From Narcine bancroftii (taxonomy: Eukaryota): a stretch of DNA of 64,000 bases. The DNA is taken from assembly GCF_036971445.1 (NCBI RefSeq), contig NC_091471.1, positions 131,440,001 through 131,504,000 of the forward strand, in the 5' to 3' direction. A program made the position numbers and the translations under genes. Positions 1 through 11,428 of this stretch are shown here, in pieces; the stretch's first letter is position 1; each line of letters opens with the position of its first letter. The notes below the pieces were generated by a model. That model searched no databases, had not been told where the DNA came from, and saw nothing but the letters and a program-made list of their open reading frames with translations.

Positions 1-452
1 TTGGAAGATACCTGGGGGTAAGAACTAATGATTTATTTTGAACATCCTGTGTTTAATATATATACTCTGAGACACAGAACCCAGGTATATAGATCTGCAC
101 AAAACCAATTTCACATTATTGTACGTCATTCTTGACCACCAAGTGTTTTGATGGAAATAGAGCAGTACAATAGATGTGGAAAGCTTATTGTGATCCCATA
201 TGCGAATTCATAAGTTAAACTGCAGGCACACAATTTCTCTAGCGGATATGATGTGACATTCTTCTGCCCATTTGCCATTACTATATTTTCTTTAAAACTA
301 TGATAAAGATAAGTTTATAAATATGTTAAGTATTTGGCTGTTAATATTCTCAATAATATTTTCTTGGCTTTTATATTTACATACACATCTTCAGTCAATC
401 AGGCCCCACCTGCCACTAAGCTGTAACTCTCTTACATTGTTCTCTTTCATTC

Positions 453-666
453 CTGCCTCCTCACCCATCCCCTTAACTAAGTTATTTGTTATGTCTGATT
501 AACTGCTTGATATTTTGTAAATTTCACCTAATATTTTATAAGATAGCAGCAAGGTGCTTTGATATCAACTAGTCTTAAATGAAATGCCTAATTATAATTT
601 ATTATCAACAAGAAAGTTATGTGGGTAGATTCTTATCCTCATAGACCAGGCATTAGTTTTACAGAG
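453..666 (+). repeat. ~215-bp direct repeat, copy 1
   Basis: CTGCCTCCTC...TAAGTTATTTGTTAT...GACCAGGCATTAG.TTTACAGAG recurs at 1239-1446 with few substitutions and a small indel. Confidence 0.9.
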
Positions 667-1238
667 GGAAATTCCATATTCACTTTCCTTCCTAATTTAT
701 CTCTGTGTGATTGTGTTACAGAGTTTGTTTTCATCCATGACAGTTTACTAATTATTCTTTATTTTAACTCTCAAATTTAGCACTTTTTATCTCCCATATA
801 AAAATTGTCATATTTCTTTTTCCTTGTGGCAATGACATCATACCTCCATTGTTAGTAATTGCACTTCTCTGTAATTTCCAAACACAGGAAGCTTGCAATG
901 TGCTGCAGTATCAGAACAGCACAAAGTTTTTCAAATTGACTGAAATATATACCACCTGTTCTTTGCTGGGCATTCTTGTTTGTAATTTCTAATGCTTCCC
1001 TCTATGCTTGATCTCCTGTGTTGTGTGCTTCTCATTTATACTTTGACCTTTTATTCCCAATGAGAAGCTGTGAAATACAATGGAGGTACTCCCGCTTCAC
1101 TCATGCCATTCCATCGAAATCACCTAAAGAGAATTTCCATCACATCTCCAGCAAAGTGGTAGAAAGAAGATGGAACATTTGCAACAATTAGATCAATGTG
1201 CCTCCTCATCTGGATTTACTCACATAAAGAAACATTTG

Positions 1239-1446
1239 CTGCCTCCTCGTCCAACCCCTTACATAAGTTATTTGTTATATCTGATTAACTGCTTGATATT
1301 TTGTAAATTTCACCTAATATTTTATAAGATAGCAGCAAGGTGCTTTTATATCAACTAAATGAAATGCCTAACTATAATTTATTATCAACAAGAAAGATAT
1401 GTGGGTGGATTCTTATTCTCATAGACCAGGCATTAGCTTTACAGAG
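1239..1446 (+). repeat. ~210-bp direct repeat, copy 2
   Basis: Near-identical to 453-666, including a long exact block TCTGATTAACTGCTTGATATTTTGTAAATTTCACCTAATATTTTTATAAGATAGCAGCAAGGTGCTTT. Confidence 0.9.
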
Positions 1447-1605
1447 AAGATTACCCATCGATTGTAAAACCCATCTTCTCAATTACCACTCAGGTGGTAA
1501 TGACAAAATGTTTAATGCTTTCTAGTATGAAGAGCAAGTTTTGCTTCAAAGGGTAGCAGTTTCATGCACTGGGTATTTAGGATGCTCAATAATGTTCATG
1601 GATTT

Positions 1606-3941
1606 AACATAACATAACATAACAATTACAGCACGGAAACAGGCCATTAGGCCCTTCTAGTCCGCACCGAACCAAACACCCCTTTCTAGTCCCACCTCCC
1701 TGCACAATGCCCATAACCCTCCATCTTCTTCTCATCCATATACCTGTCCAACCTTTTCTTAAATAATACAATTGACTCCGCCGCCACTATTTCTCCAGGA
1801 AGATGATTCCACACAGCTACCACTCTCTGAGTAAAGAAGTTCCCCCTCATGTTACCTCTAAACCTCTGCCCCTTAATTCTTAACTCATGTCCTCTTGTTT
1901 TAATCTTTCCTCCTCTTAATGGAAATAGTCTATCCACATCCATTCTGTCTATCCCTTTCATAATCTTAAATACTTCTATCAAATCCCCTCTCAACCTTCT
2001 ACGCTCCAAAGAATAAAGACCCAATCTGTCCAATCTCTCCCCATACTCCAGATGCTTAAACCCAGGCAACATTCTGGTAAACCTTCTCTGCACTCTCTCC
2101 ACTCTGTTTATATCCTTCCTATAATTAGGCGACCAGAACTGCACACAGAACTCCAAATTAGGCCGCACCAACGTCTTATACAATCTCAACATCACCTCCC
2201 AACTCCTATATTCCATGCAATGATTGATAAAGGCCAGCATACTAAAAGCCTTCTTCACCACCCTATTCACGTGAGTTTCTACCTTCAGGGAACGATGTAC
2301 CGTTACTCCTAAATCTTTCTGCTCTTCTGTATTCATCAATGCTCTCCCATTTACCACATATGTCCTATTCTGATTCTTCTTACCAAAATGAAGCACCTCA
2401 CACTTATCAGCATTAAATTCCATCTGCCATTTTTCAGCCCACTTTTCTAAGCAGCCCAAATCCCTCTGCAATCCTTGAAAACCTTCTTCATTATCCACTA
2501 TTCCACTTATCTTAGTATCGTCTGCATATTTACTAATCCAATTCACCACCCCATCATCTAGATCATTAATGTATATAACGAACAACAATGGGCCCAATAC
2601 AGATCCTTGAGGCACACCACTGGTCACCAGCCTCCAACCTGACAGACAATTATCCACTACCACTCTCTGGCCTCTCCCTTTCAGCCAATGTTCAATCCAT
2701 TTGACTATCTTAAAATTTATACCTAAAGACTGCACCATCCTAACTAACCTTCCATGTGGTACCTTATCGAAGGCCTTACTGAAGTCCATATAGACAACAT
2801 CCACTGCGCTACCCTCATCCACATTCCTAGTCACCTCTTCAAAAAATTCAATCAGATTGGTCAAACATGACCTTCCTCCCACAAATCCATGTTGAGTGCT
2901 CCTGATCAGACCCTGTCTATCCAGATGTTTATAAGTACTATCTCTAAGAATTTTCTCCATTAATTTACCTACCACAGACGTCAAACTTACAGGCCGATAG
3001 TTGCCAGGCTTCCTCCTTGAACCCTTTTTAAATAACGGAACCACATGCGCAATGCGCCAATCCTCCAGCACTATCCCCATATCTAATGACATTTGGAAAA
3101 TTACCGCCAGAGTCTCTGCTATTTCTTCCTTCACTTCTCTCAATGTCCTGGGGAAGATCCCGTCTGGTCCCGGAGACTTATCCACCTTTATATTCTTCAA
3201 AAGCCTTAAAACTACACCTTTTGTAATCTCTATATTCCCCATATTTACCCAATTTGCTTTTTTTATCCCACATCTCCCAATATCCTTCTCCTTAGTGAAT
3301 ACCGAAGAAAAGAAACTGTTCAATATCTCCCCCATTTCTCTAGGCTCCACACACAGTTTTCCACTCTGATTTTCTAAGGGACCAATTTTGTCTCTAGCTT
3401 TCCTCTTACCATTAACATATTTGTAGAACTCTTTTGGATTAGTTTTCACCCTGCTTGCCATAGTTTTCTCGTACCTTCTTTTAGCTTTCCTAATTCCTCT
3501 CTTAAGATTCCTCTTACATTCAATGTATCTTTCAAACATCTCCTTAACTCCATGCTTCTTATATCTAATGTACGCCTCCCTTTTTCTTCGAACCAAGTTT
3601 CCAATATTCCTTGAAAACCACGGCTCTCTCAAACCTTTTGCCCCTTCTTTTAACCTAACAGGAACATAAAGCTTTTGCACTCTCAAAATCTGATCTTTAA
3701 AAGACTTCCATCTCTCTACTACATCCTGCCCATAAAACAAATTGTCCCAATGCACACCCTGCAAGTCCTTTCGCATCTCCTCAAATCTAGCTTTTCCCCA
3801 ATCAAAAACCTCAATCCTTGGCCCTGATTTCTCTCTTTCCATAATGACATTGAAGCTGATGGCATTATGATCACTGGACCCGAAGTGCTCGCCAACACTA
3901 ACCTCCGTCACTTGACCCATCCCATTTGCCAACAGTAGATC
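1606..3941 (-). mobile_element. CR1-clade LINE, 5'-truncated, with uninterrupted ORF2 remnant (end of endonuclease, RT and C-terminus)
   Basis: ORF 1686-4043 has CR1 motifs [41 protein letters not shown] and YADD. The 3' tail is (ATGTT)n at about 1606-1625. The first ~33 aa of the ORF look like read-through from flanking DNA. Confidence 0.95.
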
Positions 3942-5493
3942 ATTTATCATCCAAAAAGATATTCCTTTTTCAAGACCACTTGAAGCGTGCAAAGTGCACA
4001 GTTTTAAGGAATTGTATATTTCACTGACATTTAATGATGACATTTGTTCATTTCAGGCAGAATAAAACTAAATGTAAGATAAAACAATCCTAAAATTAAT
4101 CTAATTTTAACAATTTGTCCTTGATTTTTTAAATTATTTGATTTAATCACACTTATTTTAAAAAACACACGAGAAAAATGAAAAATGTCTGTTTGTCATT
4201 TAAATGTTCTGTGCTTTTGGGCCACTGAAATATTAATAAAATCTTGATTCACTGCATAATTCTCACTGAAAATGAACCATGCAAAAGATAAGCAATCATG
4301 AAAAGGTCATTTCTTTTGCAAATGGAACTATAATATTCTTTTTATTTGTGCTCTTCAAGATGAGAAATGTCACAGTTAACACTAATGCCTGGGAAATGGA
4401 TTACCTAGCATTAACTTGTTAACAGCTATGCAATCCAAAATCAATTTTACTCAGAGAAAAGTCAATTAGCAATCACTTCCAGATGAAATTGGACGTGGTT
4501 AAAAATCCATATTAACCTGCTGAACATTTTCCTACAGGCATGCACCTAATGATATCACTTGCCTCATAGAATTTTTTTTTACCTATACTGACATCAGTTA
4601 CAACTCCCAATCTCTGCCATGAAACAGATTTGGTGAAAATCGAGGTATCCTATGTCAAGTTCTTACACTTCTAGCTACAGAAAGGAATATTCTGCTGACT
4701 GTAAGAAGATCTTACTAGGCAGTTAGAGAACTGACTGTGGAAAATCCAGACATCTTCCATAGTTCATATTGTGTAAAACAACCAAGAAATATTTGTTTTG
4801 GCAGCATTTAGCTGCTTATTCCCTCTTTCAATGTGTTCCTGAATGGTGACATCATTGGCAGGCAATATTGTTCCTGGAGGCTTCACTACAGGCATAGCAA
4901 GCCACTCAGTTTGGATCAGGGAGTTCAGGGGCAGGAGACAAAAACAAGTCCATCTGTGACGTCTTTATTCTCAGAGAGTCTTCAGAGACCCCCCACAATG
5001 TAATCCGAGGCTCAGATTTTCAAAGTCTGCAATCATGGAGAATGTGTAAAATTCTGAAGGATCACCTTCATCCATATTCTCATGCCTGTACTGCTCCCTC
5101 AGTGGAGATTAAGATCACTCTGATTCTTATCTTCCTGACTACAGTACTTGGTCTTTTCAGATGACTGCGATAGATTCTTTCCCAATTGCAGGATCAGAGA
5201 TGCCAATTAATCACTTGCAAGTGGTCCCAGGAATTAACAGCCAATCAGCCTTTAAAGTGTCCAATGTGAAAGGAAAATCTTCTCAAAGCCATCATCTCAT
5301 GCCAGAGATTGAAGACCTCGATCCCTAATACAATCCTCAGCATCTGTGGATGTCAGCGTTGCAATCAGGCAAGTGTAGAATGGGCAATTGCATTCTAGGA
5401 TTGAAATGACCCAAATTTTTACATGATTGCAAGAACGTGAAGGAAGAAAAGATTAAAATGAAAGTATAAACTTTGCTGTGGAAAAATCACAAT

Positions 5494-5516
5494 GGGAGAG
5501 AGAGAGAGAGAGAGAG
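5494..5516. repeat. (GA)n microsatellite
   Basis: Direct reading. Confidence 0.85.
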
Positions 5517-6059
5517 GAAATAAATAGCAATAAATAGCAATAGCAGACAATTTTTAAATAGCATGGGAAAGTTTGTAGCATTATAGCGCACAATTTATAA
5601 AGACCGTGAGTAAAAGCGATGGCGGACCTGATATCCCAGAATGCTGTGTGGCAGAGAACTCCATGAGTGCTCTGTGAATGCAGTCATGCACACAGCCCTT
5701 TCTCTGTTGCATGAAATTTTGAGAGGGCAGGTCGGCCATCACTTTTTCCCCACAGTATTTATAAATTGTATGCAATAGTGCTACCAACTTTCCCACACTG
5801 TGTAAATTGTACATGATAATACTATCAACTTTCCCACACTGTTTACAAATTGCCACTATTGTTATTTATTGCAAGCACTTTCCCATGGTCCCTTATAAAG
5901 GTTTATATAGGTCAACACAACAGCAATGGGTTGAAGGGCTCATACTGTGCTGTACCTAAAGCTTAATTATGTTATAATTAGGCATGATTAATGTTGTTCA
6001 AATATAAGATCATAATACATTGATCAGGATTTAGGCAGGTCCACAATCGCTCGATGTGT

Positions 6060-6232
6060 CATGACATCACCTGTAGAAGGTAGAACAGTCCTAACCCCGG
6101 GGATGGCTCCATGCAAGTGTGAAAGCCTTCAGTGTCTCAGTTAGGATTGGTCAAGTGTGAAAAGCCAAACCCCCATTCCTATCCCAGGACACTGAACGAC
6201 CAATTTAGAGGGACACAAGTGTGAAAGGGCCT
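6060..6232. mobile_element. One end of a PIF/Harbinger-like MITE
   Basis: Three copies of CAAGTGTGAAA, the last ending ...GTGTGAAAGGGCC, which resembles a Harbinger-type terminus. No partner end was found. Confidence 0.35.
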
Positions 6233-6374
6233 AGTGATACATTTCTTTGAGGATAAAGTAGTACTTTAAGCACTAGAATGTATCAGCTTGCTTGCTTCCT
6301 GAGAGTGTTGGCAGCCAATTAATATACTATGTATAATCAAATAATCAACATAAGGGTTCCAGTTTATAACTGGA

Positions 6375-6860
6375 ACTTTTCATCAATGGGAAAAGTGTTG
6401 GTACCTGTAACGCCTGCTATTTGTAGATCACAAGGATAATTTCATGATGGTGGATGTCATGATCCCTAGAGGAATCCTTGACTCTTTACCCTGATGCAGT
6501 CTGAATCTCTTCATCATCTAGCCTGAAGGATACACCTGTTGACAAGGACTATACTCTACTTCACACCACATGACACTTCAACTAAACTGCCAGGGCACAG
6601 CTACAAAAGGAATACCAGGTTAGCAGAGGAAAACATTTTGGGCTTCCTCAAAATGAGAATCCATTGAGTCCAGGGATGTCTGCATGTCCAGCAACTGTAG
6701 AAACTTTACTGGAGAGGACTTCATGTAGCACAACCTTGCAGACCAAAAATAACATCTGGTTCAGGAGGAAGAGCATGAGGTTGACTTTGAAGAATAATAG
6801 GTGCAAGAAGAGTTGATGGACATTGAAAGTTACCAGGAAGATGTTCCTGTTCAAGCTCAC
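6375..6860 (+). pseudogene. Decayed PIF/Harbinger (HARBI1-like) DDE transposase remnant
   Basis: Hand translation across frameshifts and stops gives FINGKS, LLFVDHKDNFMMVDVMIPRGILDS, VDKDYTL, YKRNTRLAEENILGFLKMRI, HNLA and an acidic tail. The order matches Harbinger motifs NRKG / CDH..YPGS.HDS / GDKGYPL / YN..TR..IER..G.LK.RF / LHN. Confidence 0.65.
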
Positions 6861-7171
6861 TAGACATCTTACAACATGAGTGAGGGAGATATTGGCCTAT
6901 CTGAGGGACAATTGTCTAAAGGACGCTATGAAACACAGTCCTCAGAGCATACCAAGTGATGCTCTCCATTATCCAATCATTACCACCAAAGCAATGGATC
7001 AACTGTCAGCCATGGGATGTGACAATGCATAATTTTTCTTATAAGTAAGTGGCTTTGAAAGTTCCCTCTACAAATTGCATCACATCAATGAAGGAAACCC
7101 TGATCTAATCAAACGGCTTGCTGAAATGACTCTGTTTACTCTAGTGAGTGGTAAAATACATCTGCAAACCA

Positions 7172-7328
7172 TAAACATGTTGGAGATCATGCAACATCCA
7201 TAGGAAGGAAAGGGTACCAACATTTCAGGCCTGGGCCCTTCACTTATAGATAGTGCATGACCTGCTGAGTTTCTCCAGCACATTTGTGTATTGAATTTGA
7301 CCCCAGCTTCTGCAGACTCCCTTGTTTG
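7172..7328. mobile_element. Penelope-like pLTR fragment (inverted pair)
   Basis: CATTTCAGGCCTGGGCCCTTCA and CCTGCTGAGTTTCTCCAGCA...TCTGCAGAC are shared with the other pLTR copies in the window. Confidence 0.6.
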
Positions 7329-8519
7329 GTTGTACAAAGTGCACTTCACAAAGTTGCACTTAAAGGTGTAAAATAGTGAGCAAGAGCTTTTAACAATTTT
7401 GGCTACTGCACGGCATCGATAAAGTATTTAATATTGTAGTCAATGCAGCTGAGAGTAATGCACTGCACAATATATTGTTCCAATTGACATGCAGTGCTTA
7501 GGGAGATGCATTGAAGAGCTAATATTTCAAGACAATTTAAATTCACACTCATTCTGCAATGAGAATATCCTCTGGGAACTCCAAGTGAAGTTCATTTTAA
7601 GTCTTCGGGGAAATTGTCCATTTCAAAATATAGAATGGGAAGAACTGTGGAAGACTTCTCTTAGTTTAGAACAATCGGGTCTGCTCACAACAGTGTCACA
7701 TTTTCCTGCAAAAAAACATTCACTTTTGACCAATCTTTTCTCATTTAACGCTTTTGCTTTCAAACTCATGCAAAAACATTCGAGAATGCAATCTTGTGCA
7801 GATGCTTGATTTCACCATGCGACCTTGCTAATATTTCTTTGCCACTCATTGGAGTCCCTTCCTTATTGGTTTTCACCATGTAAAATTAAACAAGTGATGG
7901 AGAAGCATCCTCAGATCAAAATGAACTAGATGTTGGAGGTAATAATCATTGCCAGAATAATGTGGCAGTTCTGGCTTCTGTCATATTATTTCCCAATCAT
8001 ATTCTCCACTACAGAGAGGGCATAATTTTTAATTGAAATGATTTTTTCAGTATCCATTGGCAAAGGTGAGTTAAGTTGAAATGAATGATATTAACGACTT
8101 TACTAAAAGACAAATCAAGGTATATCGCAACGCTAGCAAATTCCCCTCATAAAAAAGGAAGAGAAGTAAGCGACAAAGGAGTAAAGCTTTGCATTGAACA
8201 TAATCATAACTAATTTCATATGAATCTTAGCACCACTTTCCTGAATGTTCCTCAAAGCTCTTGTGTCCCCAAATTAACTCTGCACTTGTCCTAAATGAGA
8301 CAACATTTGTATGTATCTGATGTCTTGAGAATCATATAGAACAGGTAAAATGAATCAATACTTAAGCAGAAAATCATGTTATTTATCCATTGACTTACAT
8401 CCCTTGTTTGACAATGTTTGAAATAGGTATTGAGGTCCTACTGGTACATCACACTCTTCCATCTCAGGCTATAGTGTGGCTGCAGGAAAACCATGCCTAT
8501 TAGTCGCCACATTCATCCT

Positions 8520-9820
8520 TGATAAGAACTCAACTAAGGATCTGAATGATTACTCCAGAGCAGCTACAGACTTTATCAAAACAGCTGTGGATGAGTGTGT
8601 CCCCACCAAATTGTTGAAGATTTCTCCTGGATGAACAATGAAATCCAGAACCAGCTGAAAACCAGATCACAGGCGTTTAAGCACAAAGATCCAGAACACT
8701 GCACAAGGAGCAGGAAGGGCCTACGAAAAGCACTTCGCAGACGAAGTGAGATTATGGCCGAGAATAGAAACAGTGAAGCATATCTGACAGCTGTGGCTGA
8801 TATAATCTTCTACAAAACACCAATTTAACCACAAGAACAAGGAAGAACCACTGTGTATCCCCATGTCCCCTGATGACCCTCTACTATCAGTATCCAAGGA
8901 TGACATGTGGGGTTGGCTTCAGGAGAGTGAATCCAAGGAAAGCAACTGGTCTGGACTGAGTATCTGACTGAGTACTGAAAATTTCTGCTGACCAACTTGC
9001 CAATGTATTCATGGATATCTTTCTATGGCAGAACTTAGGACTCACCTGTTTCAAAGAGGTCTCAGTTGTACCGGTGCCCAAGAAGAGTGTGGTAACCTGG
9101 CTAAATGACTACTGACCAGTGGCACTCACATCCACAGTGATGAAGTGTTTTGAAAGGCTGGTGTAGAAGAATATCAGCTGCAATGTGAGCAACATGTTTC
9201 TGATCGAATTTGCCTACTGGCAGATGCCATCTCACTAGTTCTACACAAAATCTTGCAACATCTGGATGGCAAAGAAGTATACATCAGGATGCTCTTTATT
9301 GACTACAGTTCAGCATTCTAAAGCATCACCCCCTCAAAACTGATCAGCAAACTCCTAGACCTGGGTGTCAACACCCCACTGTGTAATTGGATCCTGGATT
9401 TCCTCACCTCCAGACCACAATCAGTGAAGACCGGTAAGAACATCTCCTCCACAATCTCCATCTGTACCGGAGCACCACAGCTCCCGACTCGACACCTATG
9501 AAAGTGTGGCTCAGTACGACAACAACACCATCTACGCTGCCAATGCCACGGTAGTAGTTGTATAAAATAGTGTAATCAGTTAGCATACAGGAGGGAGAAT
9601 GAAAACTTGGTTGAAAGACGCACCAACAGCAACCTCACTCTCAATGCCACTAAAACCAAGGAGCTGAGTGTGGACTTTAGGAAAGAAAAGCAGAGGTTGC
9701 ACGATCATTGGGGGATCAGAGGTGGAGATGATGAGCACATTTCAATTCTGGGGAGTCACTATATTGAAGGGCCTTTCTGGACTCAACACACTAATGTCTC
9801 AACTTCCTCAGGAGTTTGAG
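8520..9820 (+). mobile_element. Rex1/Babar-clade LINE, decayed RT region
   Basis: Translated pieces [41 protein letters not shown] and NLTLNATKTKEL..DFRK, with multiple stops. Confidence 0.85.
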
Positions 9821-10093
9821 GAGGAAGGTGACCTGAAGAGATTATGTGTTTGAGGGGGCCCCTCCCAAGCCATGGCCTCTCTCCTTTTTATTTGTTGATT
9901 TAGCCTGAGTAGATGAAACAAAGGATGTCGAGTGAGGTTTTCTTCATCAGAATCTGTGCAGGAGTGGAAGGGATAGAAATTGGGATGAGGATGGAAGTGG
10001 TATAGCAAAGTGTGGGAGTGTGGAGGGTGATGATGGAGAGCCATCGTGTGTCCTTAACAGGTTTGTCAGTTTGCGAATTGGTGTGTCTCTGGA

Positions 10094-10330
10094 TTAATGT
10101 GCCTGCATGAGATAGTAATATTTTTGTGCTGTGAAGCTGTGATTTTTTTTGTTGCCTTGAATGGAATGTTCACATCTGGAGAAGGCAAGTTGATTCACCT
10201 CATGCGCAGCTTTCCTTCTGGTGATTATAGTGAGTCCTGCCCCATCTAACAACGGTTCACCTTCCTGACATCGATCTTTCTCAGTGGGACTCTGATGTCT
10301 TGTAAATCTGGGAGCTCTCTTCCACACTCC
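10094..10330 (-). pseudogene. Possible decayed Myb/SANT-like second gene of a Harbinger element
   Basis: ORF fragment KRAPRF...AAHEVNQLAFSRCEHSIQGNKK resembles the R.PRF...IA.EVN....RT..QC.KK pattern of Harbinger SANT proteins. It converges on the transposase remnant at 6375-6860. Confidence 0.4.
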
Positions 10331-10667
10331 TGCAGAAATGTTCCCCCATGGCAGCCATGGTATTATCTACTGTCCGCCTGCCATAGATGGACTCTTTCTT
10401 TAAGGCTAATGGTGTACATGAAAGTTTAGGCAACTGCGTAGAATTGATTTCACTTAACATATTCTACTGCTTCTTTCTGGGCATTAAATATCCAGAAATA
10501 ACTTTTGTCGATTTGCTTCTGAGCAATTTCCCCATTTTTTTTTACAGGGATCCTGATTAAGTGTTCCTAAACATACACTAAAAACAGGAAGAATCCAATT
10601 TCTAGGTATATATGTTACTGGTTCAAGGTTCAGTCAAAACACTTGGGCTTAAACACATAATGGAGTG

Positions 10668-10926
10668 AATCTGCAGATGCTATGATTGTAGTAAAAACAC
10701 ACAGAAATGCTGGAGGAACTCAGCCAGTCTCACAGCATCCATAGGAGTTTTAAGATGTATTACCAACATTTCAGGCCTGAGCCCTTCAAGGAATAAGTAA
10801 AGAACAGGAAGACCTTCCTGCCTGTCCTTGAAGAAGGAGTCAGGCCCGAAACATCACTAATATATTTTTACCTCTTATGGTCCCTGCAAGTCCGGCTGAC
10901 TTCATCCAGCATTTCTATGTGTTTTT
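10668..10926. mobile_element. Penelope-like inverted pLTR pair (palindromic)
   Basis: Left arm AAAAACACACAGAAATGCTGGAGGAACTCAGCC...TTTCAGGCCTGAGCCCTTCAAGG mirrors right arm CCTTGAAGAAGGAGTCAGGCCCGAAAC...GGCTGACTTCATCCAGCATTTCTATGTGTTTTT. Confidence 0.75.
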
Positions 10927-11175
10927 AAACACTTAATAGCCAGCAATTGGATTATGACTGTTATTGACCAATTTAATATTAATCTATGATCATTTTGAAA
11001 GTCCATTGGAAGTCTTCACAATTGTATAATAATCTTGGTCTTAACAGTTGCAGATAAGAGAAGCATTCATCCCCTTCACCAGAGTCAGGATTTATGAACT
11101 TGACTGTGCCAGAGAGTACATTTAAATAACAAGTTAAAGACAATAACATAATTTTACAAGATCTGCCATAATTAC

Positions 11176-11428
11176 TTGTGATTTCAGAGTATCGTCCTCC
11201 AAGACCACATTTTCGTATTTTTCGTCCCTGGAATAGTCCATAGTAAAGGTGTCCTATAAACTTTGCCATTTCTGGATCAGTAGCATTCACAATTTCAGCC
11301 CCTGTTTTGCACAGAATGGTACCGGTCACCCATCGCATTGTTCCAAGAGCCACAGTCAGCAGGATTGCAGATACAAAACTCACAATGGCAGCAACAGATA
11401 AAAGAACTTTCTTCAGAAGGTTGGGCAT
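11176..11428 (-). CDS. CLRN2: Clarin-2, first coding exon (253 nt, phase-1 GTAAT donor); later exons not found in window
   Basis: MPNLLKKVLLSVAAIVSFVSAILLTVALGTMRWVTGTILCKTGAEIVNATDPEMAKFIGHLYYGLFQGRKIRKCGLGGRYSEIT shows clarin TM1, the N-glycosylation sequon NAT, and YYGLF and CGLGGR motifs. It is divergent from QDPR, as in other vertebrates. Confidence 0.92.

Noticed and set aside
1686-4043. 785-aa ORF as a host gene, retron or domesticated RT
   Set aside because: It is a plain 5'-truncated CR1 ORF2 with its own 3' tail. The N-terminal methionine comes from flanking DNA.
1-11175. CLRN2 exons 2 and 3
   Set aside because: No matching coding segment was recognised by eye on the - strand. They probably lie left of the window, and TBLASTN would settle it.
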